64,000 bases of DNA from Candidatus Falkowbacteria bacterium. GTDB taxonomy: Bacteria > Patescibacteriota > Patescibacteriia > UBA11705 > JACRDX01. Shown in pieces: positions 29,579 through 40,974 of this stretch. The position numbers and the translations under genes were made by a program. The stretch covers positions 2,332-66,331 of the forward strand of contig JAZDOE010000008.1 in the NCBI GenBank assembly GCA_043798985.1. Direction: 5' to 3'. Below the pieces are notes generated by a model that made no database searches, was not told the DNA's origin, and was given only the letters and a program-made list of their open reading frames with translations. How positions within the stretch are numbered: the first letter of the stretch is position 1; the number at the start of each line of letters is the position of its first letter.

Positions 29579-29950
29579 TTACAAAACTTCTGGCGCTAAA
29601 GATATAATTTTGGTAAATCCCTTTGCGCGCAATTCTCTTGCCACTGGGCCCAATACACGCGTACCCTTTGGCTCTTTATTTTTCTTATCAATAATAATGG
29701 CAGCATTATCATCAAACCTAATATATGTTCCATCTGAACGGCGTATTTCTTTTCTTGTTCTAACAACTACCGCTGGCAAAATGTCGCTCTTCTTTACCAT
29801 GGAATGTGGCCGCGCCTCCTTCACAACAACCATAATAATATCGCCAATAGTAGCGTATCCCTTTCTATAGCCGCCATAAACCCTAATGCATTCCAGTCGT
29901 TTTGCGCCTGTATTGTCAGCTGATTTCAATATTGTTCTATGCTGGACCAT
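29579..29950 (-). CDS. rplN: 50S ribosomal protein L14
   Basis: [24 protein letters not shown]. Confidence 0.99.
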   Translation of the reverse strand: MVQHRTILKSADNTGAKRLECIRVYGGYRKGYATIGDIIMVVVKEARPHSMVKKSDILPAVVVRTRKEIRRSDGTYIRFDDNAAIIIDKKNKEPKGTRVLGPVARELRAKGFTKIISLAPEVL

Positions 29951-29981
29951 ATGTGTGAAATATCAAATATCAAATTTCCAA

Positions 29982-30239
29982 TTATTGATTAATCTTTTTA
30001 ATTATCCGCCATCTTTTTGTCTTGCTCAATGGCCGACATTCAACAAACTCAACCAAATCGCCTTCTCTATATTTATTAGCCTGATTATCAACTGCGAATC
30101 TATTGGAAACACGAATCCTCTTTTTATATAATGGATGAATGATCGTCGTTTCAACCTTAACAATGGCGGTGTTTTGCATTTTCGTGCTCACCACTCTACC
30201 TTGAAACTTGCGCAATATTTTGCTTTTTTTATCTTCCAT
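29982..30239 (-). CDS. rpsQ: 30S ribosomal protein S17
   Basis: GRVVSTKMQNT, HPLYKK, ECRPLSKTKRW. Confidence 0.98.
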   Translation of the reverse strand: MEDKKSKILRKFQGRVVSTKMQNTAIVKVETTIIHPLYKKRIRVSNRFAVDNQANKYREGDLVEFVECRPLSKTKRWRIIKKINQ

Positions 30240-30250
30240 ATTATAATAAT

Positions 30251-30451
30251 TTAACTTTTCACCACGCCCTCTTTTTCCTGCAATATCGTCTGAATTTTAG
30301 CAATGTTCTTTTTCAAATCACGAACCTCGCGAATATTTTTTAATTGCTTATTAGCAACTTTAAAGTTCAAATCCAAACGTTTATCGCTATATTCCAAAAG
30401 TAGCTTTTTCAATTCTTCAACAGATTTATCTCTAATTTCTCTGATATTCAT
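30251..30451 (-). CDS. rpmC: 50S ribosomal protein L29
   Basis: EIRDKSVEEL...KKNIAKIQT and operon position. Confidence 0.95.
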   Translation of the reverse strand: MNIREIRDKSVEELKKLLLEYSDKRLDLNFKVANKQLKNIREVRDLKKNIAKIQTILQEKEGVVKS

Positions 30452-30454
30452 ATC

Positions 30455-30871
30455 TTATTGCTTAGTTACAAATTTCGTCTTTACCGGTAACTTATGCGCG
30501 GCCAATCTAAATGCTTCACGCGCTGTTTCTTCGCTAACTCCAGCCATTTCAAAAACCATCATTCCAGGATCAACCACGGCCACATGCTTTTCAGGACCAC
30601 CTTTTCCACCACCCATAGTCGTCTGACTTCCTTTTGACGTCACCGGCTTATGCGGAAATATGCGAATCCAGACCTTTCCGCCACGTTTAACATATCTTGT
30701 AATAGCGCGGCGCGCCGCTTCAATCTGCCTAGAGTCAACCCACGCGCCAGTCATTGCCTTTAAACCGAAATCGCCAAAATCAATATTTGTTCTGTTTGTT
30801 GCCAAATTCTCACGGTTTCTTCCGCGTCCTTTGTGCCACTTTCTATGCTGTTCTTTTTTCGGCATCAACAT
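30455..30871 (-). CDS. rplP: 50S ribosomal protein L16
   Basis: MLMPK, RQIEAAR, WIRIFP, MGGGKG. Confidence 0.98.
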   Translation of the reverse strand: MLMPKKEQHRKWHKGRGRNRENLATNRTNIDFGDFGLKAMTGAWVDSRQIEAARRAITRYVKRGGKVWIRIFPHKPVTSKGSQTTMGGGKGGPEKHVAVVDPGMMVFEMAGVSEETAREAFRLAAHKLPVKTKFVTKQ

Positions 30872-30887
30872 AACCTTAAAAACAAAT

Positions 30888-31562
30888 TTATTTGCTATCC
30901 TTTAATTCTTTATTTTTTATATCCTTAAAAACCTCACCCGTATAAAGCCAAACCTTCACGCCAATCGTTCCGTAAAGTGTGTATGCTATTTCATAAGCAT
31001 ATTCAATGTTCGCGCGGATGGTTGACAATGGCAAATTACCAAAAACAAATTTTTCCGTTCTGGCAATTTCAACACCATTCAACCGACCAGACAATCTGAT
31101 CTTCATGCCTTTTGCGCCAGCCTTGTTTGCTTTTGCCATTACCTGTTTTGCCGCTTTACGAAAAGGCACGCGTTTTTCAATCGCAAAGACAACATCCAAC
31201 GCCAACAATCTCGCGCTTAAACTTGGGTTTGCAACTTCCTTGATATCTATCTGAACCTCCGTATTCTTGCCTTGCAAAAATTTGCTCTTGATTTCCTTTT
31301 TCAAATCTTCTACGCCAGTACCTCCGCGACCGATAATAACACCGGGACGCGCCGAATGCAACGTAATGTTAAGCGCCTTTGATCGTCTATCAAAAACAAT
31401 CGCGCTAACAAAAGATTCTCTTAGCCGCTTTAACAAAAACTCCTTAACGCGCACGTCGTCACGCAAAAGAGAAGGCACCTGTTTTCTGTCAGCGTACCAT
31501 CTTGACCCCCACTCTTTGTTGGTCAACATTCTGAAAATTATTGGATGTATTTTCTTTCCCAT
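30888..31562 (-). CDS. rpsC: 30S ribosomal protein S3
   Basis: [33 protein letters not shown]. Confidence 0.98.
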   Translation of the reverse strand: MGKKIHPIIFRMLTNKEWGSRWYADRKQVPSLLRDDVRVKEFLLKRLRESFVSAIVFDRRSKALNITLHSARPGVIIGRGGTGVEDLKKEIKSKFLQGKNTEVQIDIKEVANPSLSARLLALDVVFAIEKRVPFRKAAKQVMAKANKAGAKGMKIRLSGRLNGVEIARTEKFVFGNLPLSTIRANIEYAYEIAYTLYGTIGVKVWLYTGEVFKDIKNKELKDSK

Positions 31563-31565
31563 ATT

Positions 31566-32162
31566 TTACATTCCTGATTTGCGATTAAAAAGTTTTTGCA
31601 AAAATTTTTTATCTGCTCTTTTTGAGACATCCTGATGCTGTTTATTTCTATGCTTTCCTTTCATTCTTATATCCATAATTTCTGGCTTTACGCCATCCGC
31701 TTTACCAACCTTGAATCTTGCTTCAGTATCTGAACTTCCGTCTTTTCTGTTATCCGCGACTTTTTCGACTGTCGCGCCCATAGCAACCTTTTTAGTCGCT
31801 TTTGTTTTTACAACTTTTTTCTGAGACTCAACAATTTCTTCCAAAACTAAATTTATATGTGAAGTTCTCTTTCTAATAACCGTCGCGCGGCCATGCGCTT
31901 TAGGCATGTATCTCTTGAATTTAGGACCTTCATCAACTGTAATTGATTTTATTCTTAAATTGCTTTTTTCAATGTTCAAATTGTGGTGCGCGTTAGCAAT
32001 CGCAGAAAGCAAAACTTTCTTTACTGGAATAGCTGCCAACTTATTCAAAAACTCCAAACACGACAAAGCATTGTCCACGTTTTTGCCGCGTATGACATTA
32101 ACAACCAATCGCACTTTTCTTGGCGACATCCTTAAAAATCTTGCTTTTGCCGTTATTTCCAT
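31566..32162 (-). CDS. rplV: 50S ribosomal protein L22 with C-terminal extension
   Basis: SPRKVRLV, VDEGP, KRTSHI followed by about 85 extra residues. Confidence 0.96.
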   Translation of the reverse strand: MEITAKARFLRMSPRKVRLVVNVIRGKNVDNALSCLEFLNKLAAIPVKKVLLSAIANAHHNLNIEKSNLRIKSITVDEGPKFKRYMPKAHGRATVIRKRTSHINLVLEEIVESQKKVVKTKATKKVAMGATVEKVADNRKDGSSDTEARFKVGKADGVKPEIMDIRMKGKHRNKQHQDVSKRADKKFLQKLFNRKSGM

Positions 32163-32163
32163 A

Positions 32164-32463
32164 TTATTTTGCTTTTACTTGCGCTGACTTGGCCTGCTCT
32201 TTTGCCATCTTACCACCATGGACAACAAATTTACGCGTTGGAGCAAACTCGCCTAAACGATGCCCAACCATATCTTCAACAACCGTGACGTCAATAAATG
32301 TTTTACCATTATGGACAGCAAATTTAAAGCCGACCATCTCTGGCGTAATTACTGAATCTCTTGCCCAAGTTTTAATTGCGGTTGCATCGCCAATGCGCAG
32401 CTTGGAAACTTTTTCCATCAACCGCGCGTTAACAAATGCCCCCTTTTTTAAACTTCTTGCCAT
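32164..32463 (-). CDS. rpsS: 30S ribosomal protein S19
   Basis: [24 protein letters not shown]. Confidence 0.98.
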   Translation of the reverse strand: MARSLKKGAFVNARLMEKVSKLRIGDATAIKTWARDSVITPEMVGFKFAVHNGKTFIDVTVVEDMVGHRLGEFAPTRKFVVHGGKMAKEQAKSAQVKAK

Positions 32464-32466
32464 ATT

Positions 32467-33303
32467 TTATTTCTGGTTTCTCCTCTTTAAAATTAAACGA
32501 CTGGATGCTTTTTTCGGATTTCTCGTCTTTCCGCCAATAGCTATCCTGCCCCACGGAGTTTTTGGATGTTTCAATCCAATCGGTTGCGCGCCTTCACCAC
32601 CACCATGCGGATGATCAACCGGATTCATTGCCTTTCCGCGAACGGTCGGCCTGATTCCCATGTGTCGCGTTCTGCCCGCCTTGCCAATCTTAATATGCAT
32701 AAACTCTGGGTTATTCACTTCTCCAACCGTTGCCAAAGCTTCTTTTGGAATCATGCGAAATTCTCCAGATGGCATTTTTAATTGAGCATACTTACCTTCA
32801 ACAGCCATTAATTTTACCTTTGTGCCGGCTGACCGCGCAATTTTGCCACCTTGCCCTGGCGTCAATTCAACATTATAAACCAATGAACCAACAGGAATAT
32901 TTTCCAACGTTGTCGCATTGCCAGGCTTGTACTCAACCTGCCCCTTTGATGAAACCAACATTTCTCCAACGCCAACGCCAACCGGTAAAATTGTATATCG
33001 TTTTTCACCATCTTTATAAAACAATAAACCAATTCTCGCGTTTCTACCAGGATCATATTCTATTGTCGCGACTCTTGCGGGAATATCAAACTTATCACGC
33101 TTAAAATCAATTATTCTACAATATCTTTTATGCTCGCCGCCGCGATGTCTGACGGTAATTCTACCAGTAGCATTACGGCCGGATGTCTTTTTCTTTATAA
33201 AAATCAAAGACTTTTCCGGCGTTTTTGTCGTAAGATCGCGAAAATCGCTTACGCTCATTTGGCGTCTCGCATTGCTTGTTGGTTTGTAAACCTTAATAGC
33301 CAT
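32467..33303 (-). CDS. rplB: 50S ribosomal protein L2
   Basis: IEYDP.R.ARI, MNPVDHPHGGGEG. Confidence 0.99.
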   Translation of the reverse strand: MAIKVYKPTSNARRQMSVSDFRDLTTKTPEKSLIFIKKKTSGRNATGRITVRHRGGEHKRYCRIIDFKRDKFDIPARVATIEYDPGRNARIGLLFYKDGEKRYTILPVGVGVGEMLVSSKGQVEYKPGNATTLENIPVGSLVYNVELTPGQGGKIARSAGTKVKLMAVEGKYAQLKMPSGEFRMIPKEALATVGEVNNPEFMHIKIGKAGRTRHMGIRPTVRGKAMNPVDHPHGGGEGAQPIGLKHPKTPWGRIAIGGKTRNPKKASSRLILKRRNQK

Positions 33304-33309
33304 ATTTCT

Positions 33310-33732
33310 TTAAACTCCTTCGTAAATTTCAATTTTATCGCCGGCATTCAACGTCACAATTGCTTTTTTCTTATCTTTCGTTGCGCCAAACTTTCTGCCA
33401 TGTCGCACCTTTTTTCCAAGCGTTCGCACAATATTAACCTTTGCCGGAGAAACGCCATAAATTTTTTCAACCATTTCAGCAATCTGCGACCGAGTCGCGT
33501 CGCGACTTACCAAAAATTCATATTTACTCAATTCCACAGCTTCCGTCGCCTTTTCTGTAATAAGAGGCTTCAATAAAACTTTAAAAGCATTCAAATCTTT
33601 CTTTTTATCAAGCTTTTTTTTGGCAATCTTTTTTTCAACCTTTTCAACTACTACTTTTGTTTCAATATTAACATCCGCCTTCTTTTCATCAGCCTTTTTC
33701 TTAGAAAAAATTTTTTTAAATAAAGCTGCCAT
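33310..33732 (-). CDS. rplW: 50S ribosomal protein L23 with Lys-rich N-terminal extension
   Basis: PLITEKA, KKKAIVTL; about 45 extra N-terminal residues. Confidence 0.94.
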   Translation of the reverse strand: MAALFKKIFSKKKADEKKADVNIETKVVVEKVEKKIAKKKLDKKKDLNAFKVLLKPLITEKATEAVELSKYEFLVSRDATRSQIAEMVEKIYGVSPAKVNIVRTLGKKVRHGRKFGATKDKKKAIVTLNAGDKIEIYEGV

Positions 33733-33735
33733 ATT

Positions 33736-34377
33736 TTATTTACTGACCTTTTTCTTAAAAATCTTTTCAATAATCTCAACCGCAGGTTCTGTCATTAACA
33801 AATTTTTATATTTCAAAATTACCTGCGCATTCAAACTGTCCGCACAAATCGCTTCAACCTTTGGCAAATTATTCAAAGATTTAACTATTGCCGCATTGAA
33901 TTTATCAAAAACCACCAAGATGCTGGATTTTAATTTAAGACTATTCAAAATATTTTTAAATTCCTTTGTTTTTGCGTCTTTCATCTCAAACGTATCAACA
34001 ACTGTAATAAGCTCATTTCTAAAACGATCGCTCAATGCCATCAACATTGCCTTTTGGCGCATCTTTTTATTTATCTTTTGTTTAAAATTGCGTATGTTTC
34101 TTGGGCCAAAAGTTATTCCACCACCAATCCAAATCGGAGAACGGCTTGAGCCATGTCTCGCGCGGCCAGTTCCTTTTTGTCTCCATGGTTTTTTACCGCC
34201 ACCGCGCACTTCGTCTTTTGTTTTGGTATGCGCCAAAATCTCGCGCTGATTTGCCGCCATTGCAACGACAACTTGGTGTATAACCTTTGAATTTAGCTTA
34301 ACATTAAAAATAGCAGGAGAAACTTTTATTTCCTTCTTTTGCTCACCCTTTTGATTCAATACTACCATCTTTGGCAT
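33736..34377 (-). CDS. rplD: 50S ribosomal protein L4
   Basis: GGGKKPWRQKGTGRARHGS. Confidence 0.99.
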   Translation of the reverse strand: MPKMVVLNQKGEQKKEIKVSPAIFNVKLNSKVIHQVVVAMAANQREILAHTKTKDEVRGGGKKPWRQKGTGRARHGSSRSPIWIGGGITFGPRNIRNFKQKINKKMRQKAMLMALSDRFRNELITVVDTFEMKDAKTKEFKNILNSLKLKSSILVVFDKFNAAIVKSLNNLPKVEAICADSLNAQVILKYKNLLMTEPAVEIIEKIFKKKVSK

Positions 34378-34383
34378 AATATC

Positions 34384-35034
34384 CTACTTTTTTATTTCAA
34401 ACTCGCCATTTCCGCGTAATGTCAACATGCCATGTCTAGCGCCCGGAACACCGCCCTTCACATATAAGATATTCTGTTCTGGAAAAACATCAATAATCTC
34501 TAAACCTTTAATAGTCACTTTCGCGTCACCCATATGTCCAGGCATGCGCATACCTTTAAAAACATGGTTTGGATGTGTCGCGCCGATAGACCCGGGCATC
34601 CTTACTTGGTCTTTGGTCCCGTGCGTTTTCGACGCGCCTGCAAATCCATGACGTTTAACCACGCCCTGAAATCCACGTCCCTTGGATGTCCCAGAAACAG
34701 CAACAGCGTCACCTTTTACAAACACATTAGCATCCAATTTTTGACCGACCTCTAATCTAGAAAACATTGGATCGCTTTGTTCCATTCTAAACTCTTGAAT
34801 GTGTCTAAAATATTTTGGTCCGCCAAAAATCTTTTCAAAAAATTTAGAAATCGGACGATTTGCTTTTTTAATTTCATCACAAGCAACCTGAATCGCGTTA
34901 TATCCATCCTTTTCCTTCGTCTTTTTACCAATAACAAAACAAGGCAACACCTCTATTTTTGTGACAGATATTACATCGCGTTTTTCATCCAAAACTTGCG
35001 TCATTTCAATTTTGCGTCCTATAATGAATTTCAT
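34384..35034 (-). CDS. rplC: 50S ribosomal protein L3
   Basis: SKGRGFQGVVKRH, KGMRMPGHMG, KGGVPG. Confidence 0.99.
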   Translation of the reverse strand: MKFIIGRKIEMTQVLDEKRDVISVTKIEVLPCFVIGKKTKEKDGYNAIQVACDEIKKANRPISKFFEKIFGGPKYFRHIQEFRMEQSDPMFSRLEVGQKLDANVFVKGDAVAVSGTSKGRGFQGVVKRHGFAGASKTHGTKDQVRMPGSIGATHPNHVFKGMRMPGHMGDAKVTIKGLEIIDVFPEQNILYVKGGVPGARHGMLTLRGNGEFEIKK

Positions 35035-35050
35035 AATCTACGGAAACGAG

Positions 35051-35165
35051 AAAAACCGGACTAAATGTCCGGATTTTCCGATTTAGTCACCTTTTACCTT
35101 AATGGTCTGCGCCCCTTTGGGGCTTAGATAGAAAACTTCCACGTCAATGGGTTTTTCCATCCTGA
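35051..35165 (-). promoter_or_regulatory. Structured rpsJ-rplC spacer with candidate terminator/antiterminator
   Basis: CCGGAC-loop-GTCCGG-TTTTT overlaps an alternative GACTAAAT/ATTTAGTC helix. Confidence 0.5.
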
Positions 35166-35194
35166 CTTATATCAATTTTCATGCTTACGCTATT

Positions 35195-35533
35195 TTATAT
35201 CATCTTAATCTCTATGTCAACACCTGACGGCAAATTCAAATTGCTCAAAGTATCAACTATTTTAGGGTTCGGATTAAGAATATCAATCAAGCGCTTATGC
35301 GTACGAATTTCATATTGATCACGTGCGTCCTTATGGACAAAAGTCGATCTATTAACAGTATACTTTCTGATATCGCGCGGCAAAGGAATTGGACCGCAAA
35401 ATTCTGCGCCAATTCGTTCGGCCGCTTCTTTAATCGTTTTTGTGCATTGATCAATCACTTTGTGATCATAAGCGCGAATCTTAATCCGTAGCTTTGGAGA
35501 TTCTGCTGCCTCTGCCTGTTTTTTTGTCGTCAT
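35195..35533 (-). CDS. rpsJ: 30S ribosomal protein S10
   Basis: [24 protein letters not shown]. Confidence 0.99.
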   Translation of the reverse strand: MTTKKQAEAAESPKLRIKIRAYDHKVIDQCTKTIKEAAERIGAEFCGPIPLPRDIRKYTVNRSTFVHKDARDQYEIRTHKRLIDILNPNPKIVDTLSNLNLPSGVDIEIKMI

Positions 35534-35557
35534 ATTAAAGAACGGGTGTTCAATGGA

Positions 35558-36751
35558 TTATTTTATAATTTTCGTTACGACGCCAGCGCCGACAGTTTTA
35601 CCTCCCTCACGAATAGCAAATTTTTGCTGCTCTTCCATGGCAACAGGAACAATCAATTTGACGGTTAAATTAACAGTATCGCCGGGCATAACCATTTCCA
35701 CGCCCTCTGGCAAAGCCACAACATCACCGGTAATGTCCGCAGTTCTAAAGAAAAACTGTGGCTTGTATCCTTTAAAGAATGGCTTATGCCGCCCACCTTC
35801 GTCCTTTGACAATACATAAATCTTACCTTCAAATTCCGCGTGTGGATTAACACTGCCAGGTTTTGCCAAAACCTGTCCGCGCTCAACATCTTCGCGCTTT
35901 ACACCGCGCAACAAAACACCGGCATTATCACCTGCTTGTCCTTCGCCTAAAGACTTATTGAACATTTCAATGCCTGTCACAACAGTTTTTTGCGTAGGTC
36001 GGATACCCACGATTTCAGCTTCCTCGCCAACCTTGACCATACCGCGCTCAATTCTGCCTGTCACAACAGTGCCGCGTCCCTCAATTGAAAAGATATCTTC
36101 AATAGGCATTAAGAATGGTTTATCAATGTCGCGTTTTGGGGTTGGAATATATGTGTCCAACGCAGCAATCAAATCCAAAATTGGTTTTGCGGCTGCCTCA
36201 TCTTTTGGATTTTCCAAAGCTTTTGTGGCTGACCCACGGATAACAGGAACAGAATCTCCGGGAAATTCATATTTCTTCAACAACTCGCGAACCTCTTCCT
36301 CAACCAAATCAATAAGTTCCTTTTCTTCAACCATGTCGCATTTATTCAAGAAAACGACCATATATGGAACGCCTACTTGGCGAGCCAACAAAATATGCTC
36401 GCGCGTTTGAGGCATTGGACCATCTGGAGCGGCCACAACCAAAATCGCGCCGTCCATTTGTGCCGCGCCGGTAATCATGTTTTTGATGTAATCAGCATGT
36501 CCAGGACAATCAATGTGCGCATAGTGTCGTGTTGCGCTTTCGTATTCAACGTGCGCGGTGTTAATCGTAATACCACGAGCCTTTTCTTCAGGCGCGCTAT
36601 CAATCTGATCAACGCTTTTGTCCTGCGCTGTAAGACCTTGCGCTTTTAACACCTGCAAAATTGCAGCGGTCAAGCTAGTCTTGCCATGGTCAATATGACC
36701 AATAGTACCCACATTAACGTGTGGCTTTGTTCTTTCAAATGTTCCTGCCAT
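35558..36751 (-). CDS. tuf: Elongation factor Tu
   Basis: [22 protein letters not shown]. Confidence 0.99.
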   Translation of the reverse strand: MAGTFERTKPHVNVGTIGHIDHGKTSLTAAILQVLKAQGLTAQDKSVDQIDSAPEEKARGITINTAHVEYESATRHYAHIDCPGHADYIKNMITGAAQMDGAILVVAAPDGPMPQTREHILLARQVGVPYMVVFLNKCDMVEEKELIDLVEEEVRELLKKYEFPGDSVPVIRGSATKALENPKDEAAAKPILDLIAALDTYIPTPKRDIDKPFLMPIEDIFSIEGRGTVVTGRIERGMVKVGEEAEIVGIRPTQKTVVTGIEMFNKSLGEGQAGDNAGVLLRGVKREDVERGQVLAKPGSVNPHAEFEGKIYVLSKDEGGRHKPFFKGYKPQFFFRTADITGDVVALPEGVEMVMPGDTVNLTVKLIVPVAMEEQQKFAIREGGKTVGAGVVTKIIK

Positions 36752-36776
36752 AAACTATTTAATTAATTCAAAGATA

Positions 36777-36804
36777 ATTATATCAGATATTTTTAAATTT
36801 GCAA
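36777..36804 (-). promoter_or_regulatory. Putative sigma70 promoter for tuf
   Basis: TTGCAA-16 nt-TATAAT with extended TGn, about 25 nt upstream of the ATG. Confidence 0.55.
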
Positions 36805-36808
36805 GAGC

Positions 36809-37060
36809 CTATTCTAAAGGCTCTATATAAAACTGCTCGTCCTCTTTTGCTACAACGGCTTTATCATCCTCTGAAAGCTCCTCTGTTACTGGCTCAACAA
36901 AATCATTAATATCTGATAAATCAACAAGCTCATCTTGCGCAAGCTGTTGCTCATATTCATCAAGCGGCATCATGACATAAACTTTTTCCTTGTTTTTGTC
37001 CACAATAAAATGCCTGCCGCCAACCTGATCAATTAAAGAAAAAATCTTTTCCCAATTCAT
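36809..37060 (-). CDS. Small acidic hypothetical protein between fusA and tuf
   Basis: 83-aa ORF filling the gap, acidic tail ending FYIEPLE. Confidence 0.75.
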   Translation of the reverse strand: MNWEKIFSLIDQVGGRHFIVDKNKEKVYVMMPLDEYEQQLAQDELVDLSDINDFVEPVTEELSEDDKAVVAKEDEQFYIEPLE

Positions 37061-37074
37061 ATTTTTAAAAAAAT

Positions 37075-39159
37075 TTATGCTGCCTTGTCTCTTTCCGCCC
37101 TAATCTTTTCAACAACATTTTTCGGAACGACCGCATAATGATTAAATTCCATTGTATAGCTCGCGCGCCCCTGCGTAAATGAACGAAGCGCTGTCGCGTA
37201 GCCAAACATTTCTGCCAGCGGCACCATCGCATCAACAACCTTAGTATTGGCGCGCTCGCCGATATTCTGTATCTGCGCGCGTCTGGAATTTAAATCACCG
37301 ACAACTTCACCCAAAAAATCTTCTGGGCAAACCACCTCAACTTTCATAATTGGTTCTAACAAAGATGGTTCGGCTCTTTTTGACGCTTCTTGAAAAGCCA
37401 TTGAACCAGCAATCTTAAACGCGGCTTCAGACGAATCAACTTCATGGTATGAACCATCAAAAACCGTCACTTTTATATCAACCATCGGGTAACCAAGCAA
37501 CACGCCTTTATCAAGCGCTTCTTTAACGCCCTTTTGAATAGCAGGCACATATTCACGTGGAATTACGCCGCCCTTAGTCGCATCCTCAAAGTCAAAACCC
37601 TTGCCCCGCTCCTGTGGCTCAACTCGCAGCCAGCAATGACCATATTGACCACGGCCGCCAGATTGACGAATATACTTACCCTCTGCTTCAGCTTCTTTTA
37701 CAATTGTTTCTTTATATGCCACTTGTGGTTTTCCTGTGTTTGCCTCAACTTTAAACTCGCGCCGCATGCGATCAACTATAATATCAAGATGCAATTCGCC
37801 CATTCCGGAAATAATAGTCTGCATTGTATCTGGATCTGTTTTAATTTTGAATGTAGGATCTTCTTCTGACAATTTTTGCAAAGCAACGCCCATTTTTTCC
37901 TGATCAACCTTAGTCTTTGGCTCAATCGCCATCGAGATTACAGGCTCTGGAAAAGTAATTGATTCCAAAATAACCGGTCGTTTTTCATCGCAGAGCGTAT
38001 GCCCGGTAAAGGTCGCTTTCAAACCAATGACCGCCGCGATTTCGCCAGAATAAACCTCGGTAATTTCTTCGCGCTTATTAGCATGCATTCTGACAACACG
38101 ACTGATTCTTTCTTTTTCTCTTGTAATCGTGTTGAAAACATAAGAGCCGGATTTTAAGACGCCAGAGTACACACGAACAAAGCATAATCTTCCAACAAAT
38201 GGATCTGTCGCAACCTTAAAGGCCAATGCAACCAATGGCTCATCATCATTCGCAATAATATCAATCATTTTTTCCGTATCTTTAAAGTCGTTCGCTTGCA
38301 ACGCCGGCACATCTAACGGAGATGGCAAATACGCTACAATCGCGTCCAAAAGCATTTGCATTCCTTTATTTTTTAACGCGCTTCCCGTCAAAATCGGCAC
38401 GATTTTGTTTGCGACAACAGCATTGCGCAAGGTTTTCTTAATTTCTTCAATCGTCACTTCTTCGCCAGCCAAAAATTTATTCATCACGGCCTCGTCATAT
38501 TCAACCACTGCCTCAACAAGTTTCGCACGATGCTCCTCAACTTGCTCTTTCATGTCTTCTGGCACTTCAATTTCCTGAATATCAACGCCCAAATCATCGC
38601 CGAAAATGTATGCCTTGCGAGCAATTATATCAACAACGCCTTTAAATGTTTCTGCCGCGCCGATTGGCAGTTGAATAGGATACGCGCTCTTTGTTAAGCG
38701 ATCATGAATAGATTTTACGTCAGCATAAAAATCCGCGCCCATTCGATCCATTTTATTGACAAACGCAATGCGCGGAACATGATATTTATCAGCTTGATGC
38801 CACACGGTTTCTGATTGAGGCTCAACCCCAGCAACTCCATCAAAAACAACTACCCCGCCATCCAACACACGCAACGAACGCTCAACTTCAGCGGTGAAAT
38901 CCACGTGCCCCGGAGTATCAATAATATTAATTTGATGCTCTAACCAAAAACAAGTCGTAGCCGCAGAAGTAATAGTAATTCCGCGCTCGCGCTCCTGCTC
39001 CATCCAATCCATTTCTGCGGCGCCCTCATGAACCTCTCCGATTTTATGTTTTTTCCCAGTATAAAACAAAATGCGCTCACTTACCGTTGTTTTACCAGCG
39101 TCAATATGAGCAATAATTCCAATGTTTCTAACTTTTTCAATTGGCATTAATCTAGACAT
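37075..39159 (-). CDS. fusA: Elongation factor G
   Basis: [34 protein letters not shown]. Confidence 0.99.
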   Translation of the reverse strand: MSRLMPIEKVRNIGIIAHIDAGKTTVSERILFYTGKKHKIGEVHEGAAEMDWMEQERERGITITSAATTCFWLEHQINIIDTPGHVDFTAEVERSLRVLDGGVVVFDGVAGVEPQSETVWHQADKYHVPRIAFVNKMDRMGADFYADVKSIHDRLTKSAYPIQLPIGAAETFKGVVDIIARKAYIFGDDLGVDIQEIEVPEDMKEQVEEHRAKLVEAVVEYDEAVMNKFLAGEEVTIEEIKKTLRNAVVANKIVPILTGSALKNKGMQMLLDAIVAYLPSPLDVPALQANDFKDTEKMIDIIANDDEPLVALAFKVATDPFVGRLCFVRVYSGVLKSGSYVFNTITREKERISRVVRMHANKREEITEVYSGEIAAVIGLKATFTGHTLCDEKRPVILESITFPEPVISMAIEPKTKVDQEKMGVALQKLSEEDPTFKIKTDPDTMQTIISGMGELHLDIIVDRMRREFKVEANTGKPQVAYKETIVKEAEAEGKYIRQSGGRGQYGHCWLRVEPQERGKGFDFEDATKGGVIPREYVPAIQKGVKEALDKGVLLGYPMVDIKVTVFDGSYHEVDSSEAAFKIAGSMAFQEASKRAEPSLLEPIMKVEVVCPEDFLGEVVGDLNSRRAQIQNIGERANTKVVDAMVPLAEMFGYATALRSFTQGRASYTMEFNHYAVVPKNVVEKIRAERDKAA

Positions 39160-39163
39160 AACT

Positions 39164-39655
39164 TTAAATGGCAAAGTGCGCGAACGCGCGGTTAGCTTCT
39201 GCCATTCTGTGCACATCATTCTTTTTCTTAACCGCGGCGCCAGTATTATTAAAAGCGTCAGCAAGCTCTATTGCCAATTTTTCAGCCATTGGCTTGCCTT
39301 TTCTTGCATTGGCCGCGGCCAAAATCCAACGAAAAGTTAGCGCGACTTTGCGCTCGCCGCGGACAGGGTACGGAATCTGATAGTTCGCGCCACCGACGCG
39401 GCGGCCGCGAATTTCCAATTGTGGCGCGACATTTTTCAATGCCCCGTCAAAAACCATCAAAGCGTCTTTGGTTTCAGCGCCAAATTCTTTTTTATCAACT
39501 TTTTTTTGTAAAATATCAAAACACCCGTAAACAATTCTTTGTGCGGTGCTCTTTTTTCCGCGTTTCATCACGTAGTTTGTAAATTTTGCAACCACTACGT
39601 TGTTATAACGCAAATCTGGTTTGATTTTTCTTTTCGGTGCTTGTTTCCCACGCAT
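39164..39655 (-). CDS. rpsG: 30S ribosomal protein S7
   Basis: [30 protein letters not shown]. Confidence 0.99.
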   Translation of the reverse strand: MRGKQAPKRKIKPDLRYNNVVVAKFTNYVMKRGKKSTAQRIVYGCFDILQKKVDKKEFGAETKDALMVFDGALKNVAPQLEIRGRRVGGANYQIPYPVRGERKVALTFRWILAAANARKGKPMAEKLAIELADAFNNTGAAVKKKNDVHRMAEANRAFAHFAI

Positions 39656-39666
39656 ATTCAATTATA

Positions 39667-40077
39667 TTATTTAGGTCTTTTAACGCCATAAGATGAGCGG
39701 CTTTTGCGCCGACCATCAACGCCTTGCGTATCAAAAACTCCTCTGACAATATGATAGCGCACGCCCGGCAAATCTTTTACCCTTCCGCCGCGCACCATTA
39801 CAACAGAGTGTTCCTGCAAATTGTGTCCTTCTCCCGGAATGTAGGCCGTCACTTCTTGCCCGTTTGACAAGCGAACACGCGCGATTTTTCGCAAAGCTGA
39901 ATTTGGTTTTTTTGGTGTCGTTGTGGTCACTTTCAAACAAACGCCGCGTCGAAACGGACCATGCAATAAACTTCTACGTCGTTTAATAGTATCAAAAATC
40001 GTCTGAAGCGCAGGCGCTTTAGACTTTTGAGTTATTCTTTTTCTTCCTTTTTTAATAAGCTGATTGATTGTTGGCAT
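39667..40077 (-). CDS. rpsL: 30S ribosomal protein S12
   Basis: [29 protein letters not shown]. Confidence 0.99.
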   Translation of the reverse strand: MPTINQLIKKGRKRITQKSKAPALQTIFDTIKRRRSLLHGPFRRGVCLKVTTTTPKKPNSALRKIARVRLSNGQEVTAYIPGEGHNLQEHSVVMVRGGRVKDLPGVRYHIVRGVFDTQGVDGRRKSRSSYGVKRPK

Positions 40078-40165
40078 AGTAGAAAATTAAAAACAGCTGT
40101 TTAAGCTGCTATCAGGATATCACTTCTTTTTTTTAGAGTCAAGAGCTATCCCCCATAATATCTTC

Positions 40166-40807
40166 TTAAAATAAAATCTTGGAAACTACGTTGACGAAAA
40201 ACATGAAAATGCTTTGAAAAATATTCAGATTCAGCCATGAATCAAAAATTATCAGAACAATCAACAAAATCGGGCCGCGAGTATCTAACCAAATTTTGAT
40301 GTGGTCATACTTTGGCGCGTCTAAAATGCCGAACAGCAACTTTGAACCATCGAGCGGCGGTATTGGAATTAAATTAAAAACAGCCAGCATTAAATTTATA
40401 AAAACTAAATATTGCAAAAAATAAATCAGCAAATTTGTTTCCGGCAAAACTTCCGTGGCAATAAAAATCTTCAAAAAAATTCCAGCGACAATTACCAGCA
40501 ATAAGTTGGAAACAGGACCAGCAATCGCGACCAGTGTCGCGCCCCAACGCTGATACCGCAAATTATATGGATTGTACGGCACTGGCTTGCCCCAACCAAA
40601 ACCAGCGAGCAACAACATTAATGATCCAACCAAACTCAAATGCGCCGCGGGATTTAAAGTGAGCCGACCGGCGTTTTTCGCGGTTTGATCGCCCAGCCAA
40701 GTGCTAGCAAGCGCGTGCGCAAACTCATGGATAGTAATCGCGACAACCATGCCCAGCGCGACAACCAAAAAAATCAAAGGATTTGTAAATAATAAATTAA
40801 GCAACAT
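40166..40807 (-). CDS. Site-2 protease family (M50) metalloprotease
   Basis: HEFAH, AGPVSN, FNLIPIPPLDG. Confidence 0.95.
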   Translation of the reverse strand: MLLNLLFTNPLIFLVVALGMVVAITIHEFAHALASTWLGDQTAKNAGRLTLNPAAHLSLVGSLMLLLAGFGWGKPVPYNPYNLRYQRWGATLVAIAGPVSNLLLVIVAGIFLKIFIATEVLPETNLLIYFLQYLVFINLMLAVFNLIPIPPLDGSKLLFGILDAPKYDHIKIWLDTRGPILLIVLIIFDSWLNLNIFQSIFMFFVNVVSKILF

Positions 40808-40849
40808 AATTGTTGACTTATTATATCATGACTGCTACAATCGTAAAAT

Positions 40850-40966
40850 AATTTTGAATTTCCAATTTCGAATTTTGATTGAATTCCGAAATCTGAATTT
40901 TGAAACATTCAAACATTCATACATTCAACGTTGAATCAAAATTCAAAATTCTAATTTCAAAATTTT
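40850..40966. repeat. Degenerate heptamer-type low-complexity inverted array
   Basis: AATTTTG/AATTTCG units facing CAAAATT units around AAACATTC repeats. Confidence 0.6.
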
Positions 40967-40974
40967 CTACTTCT

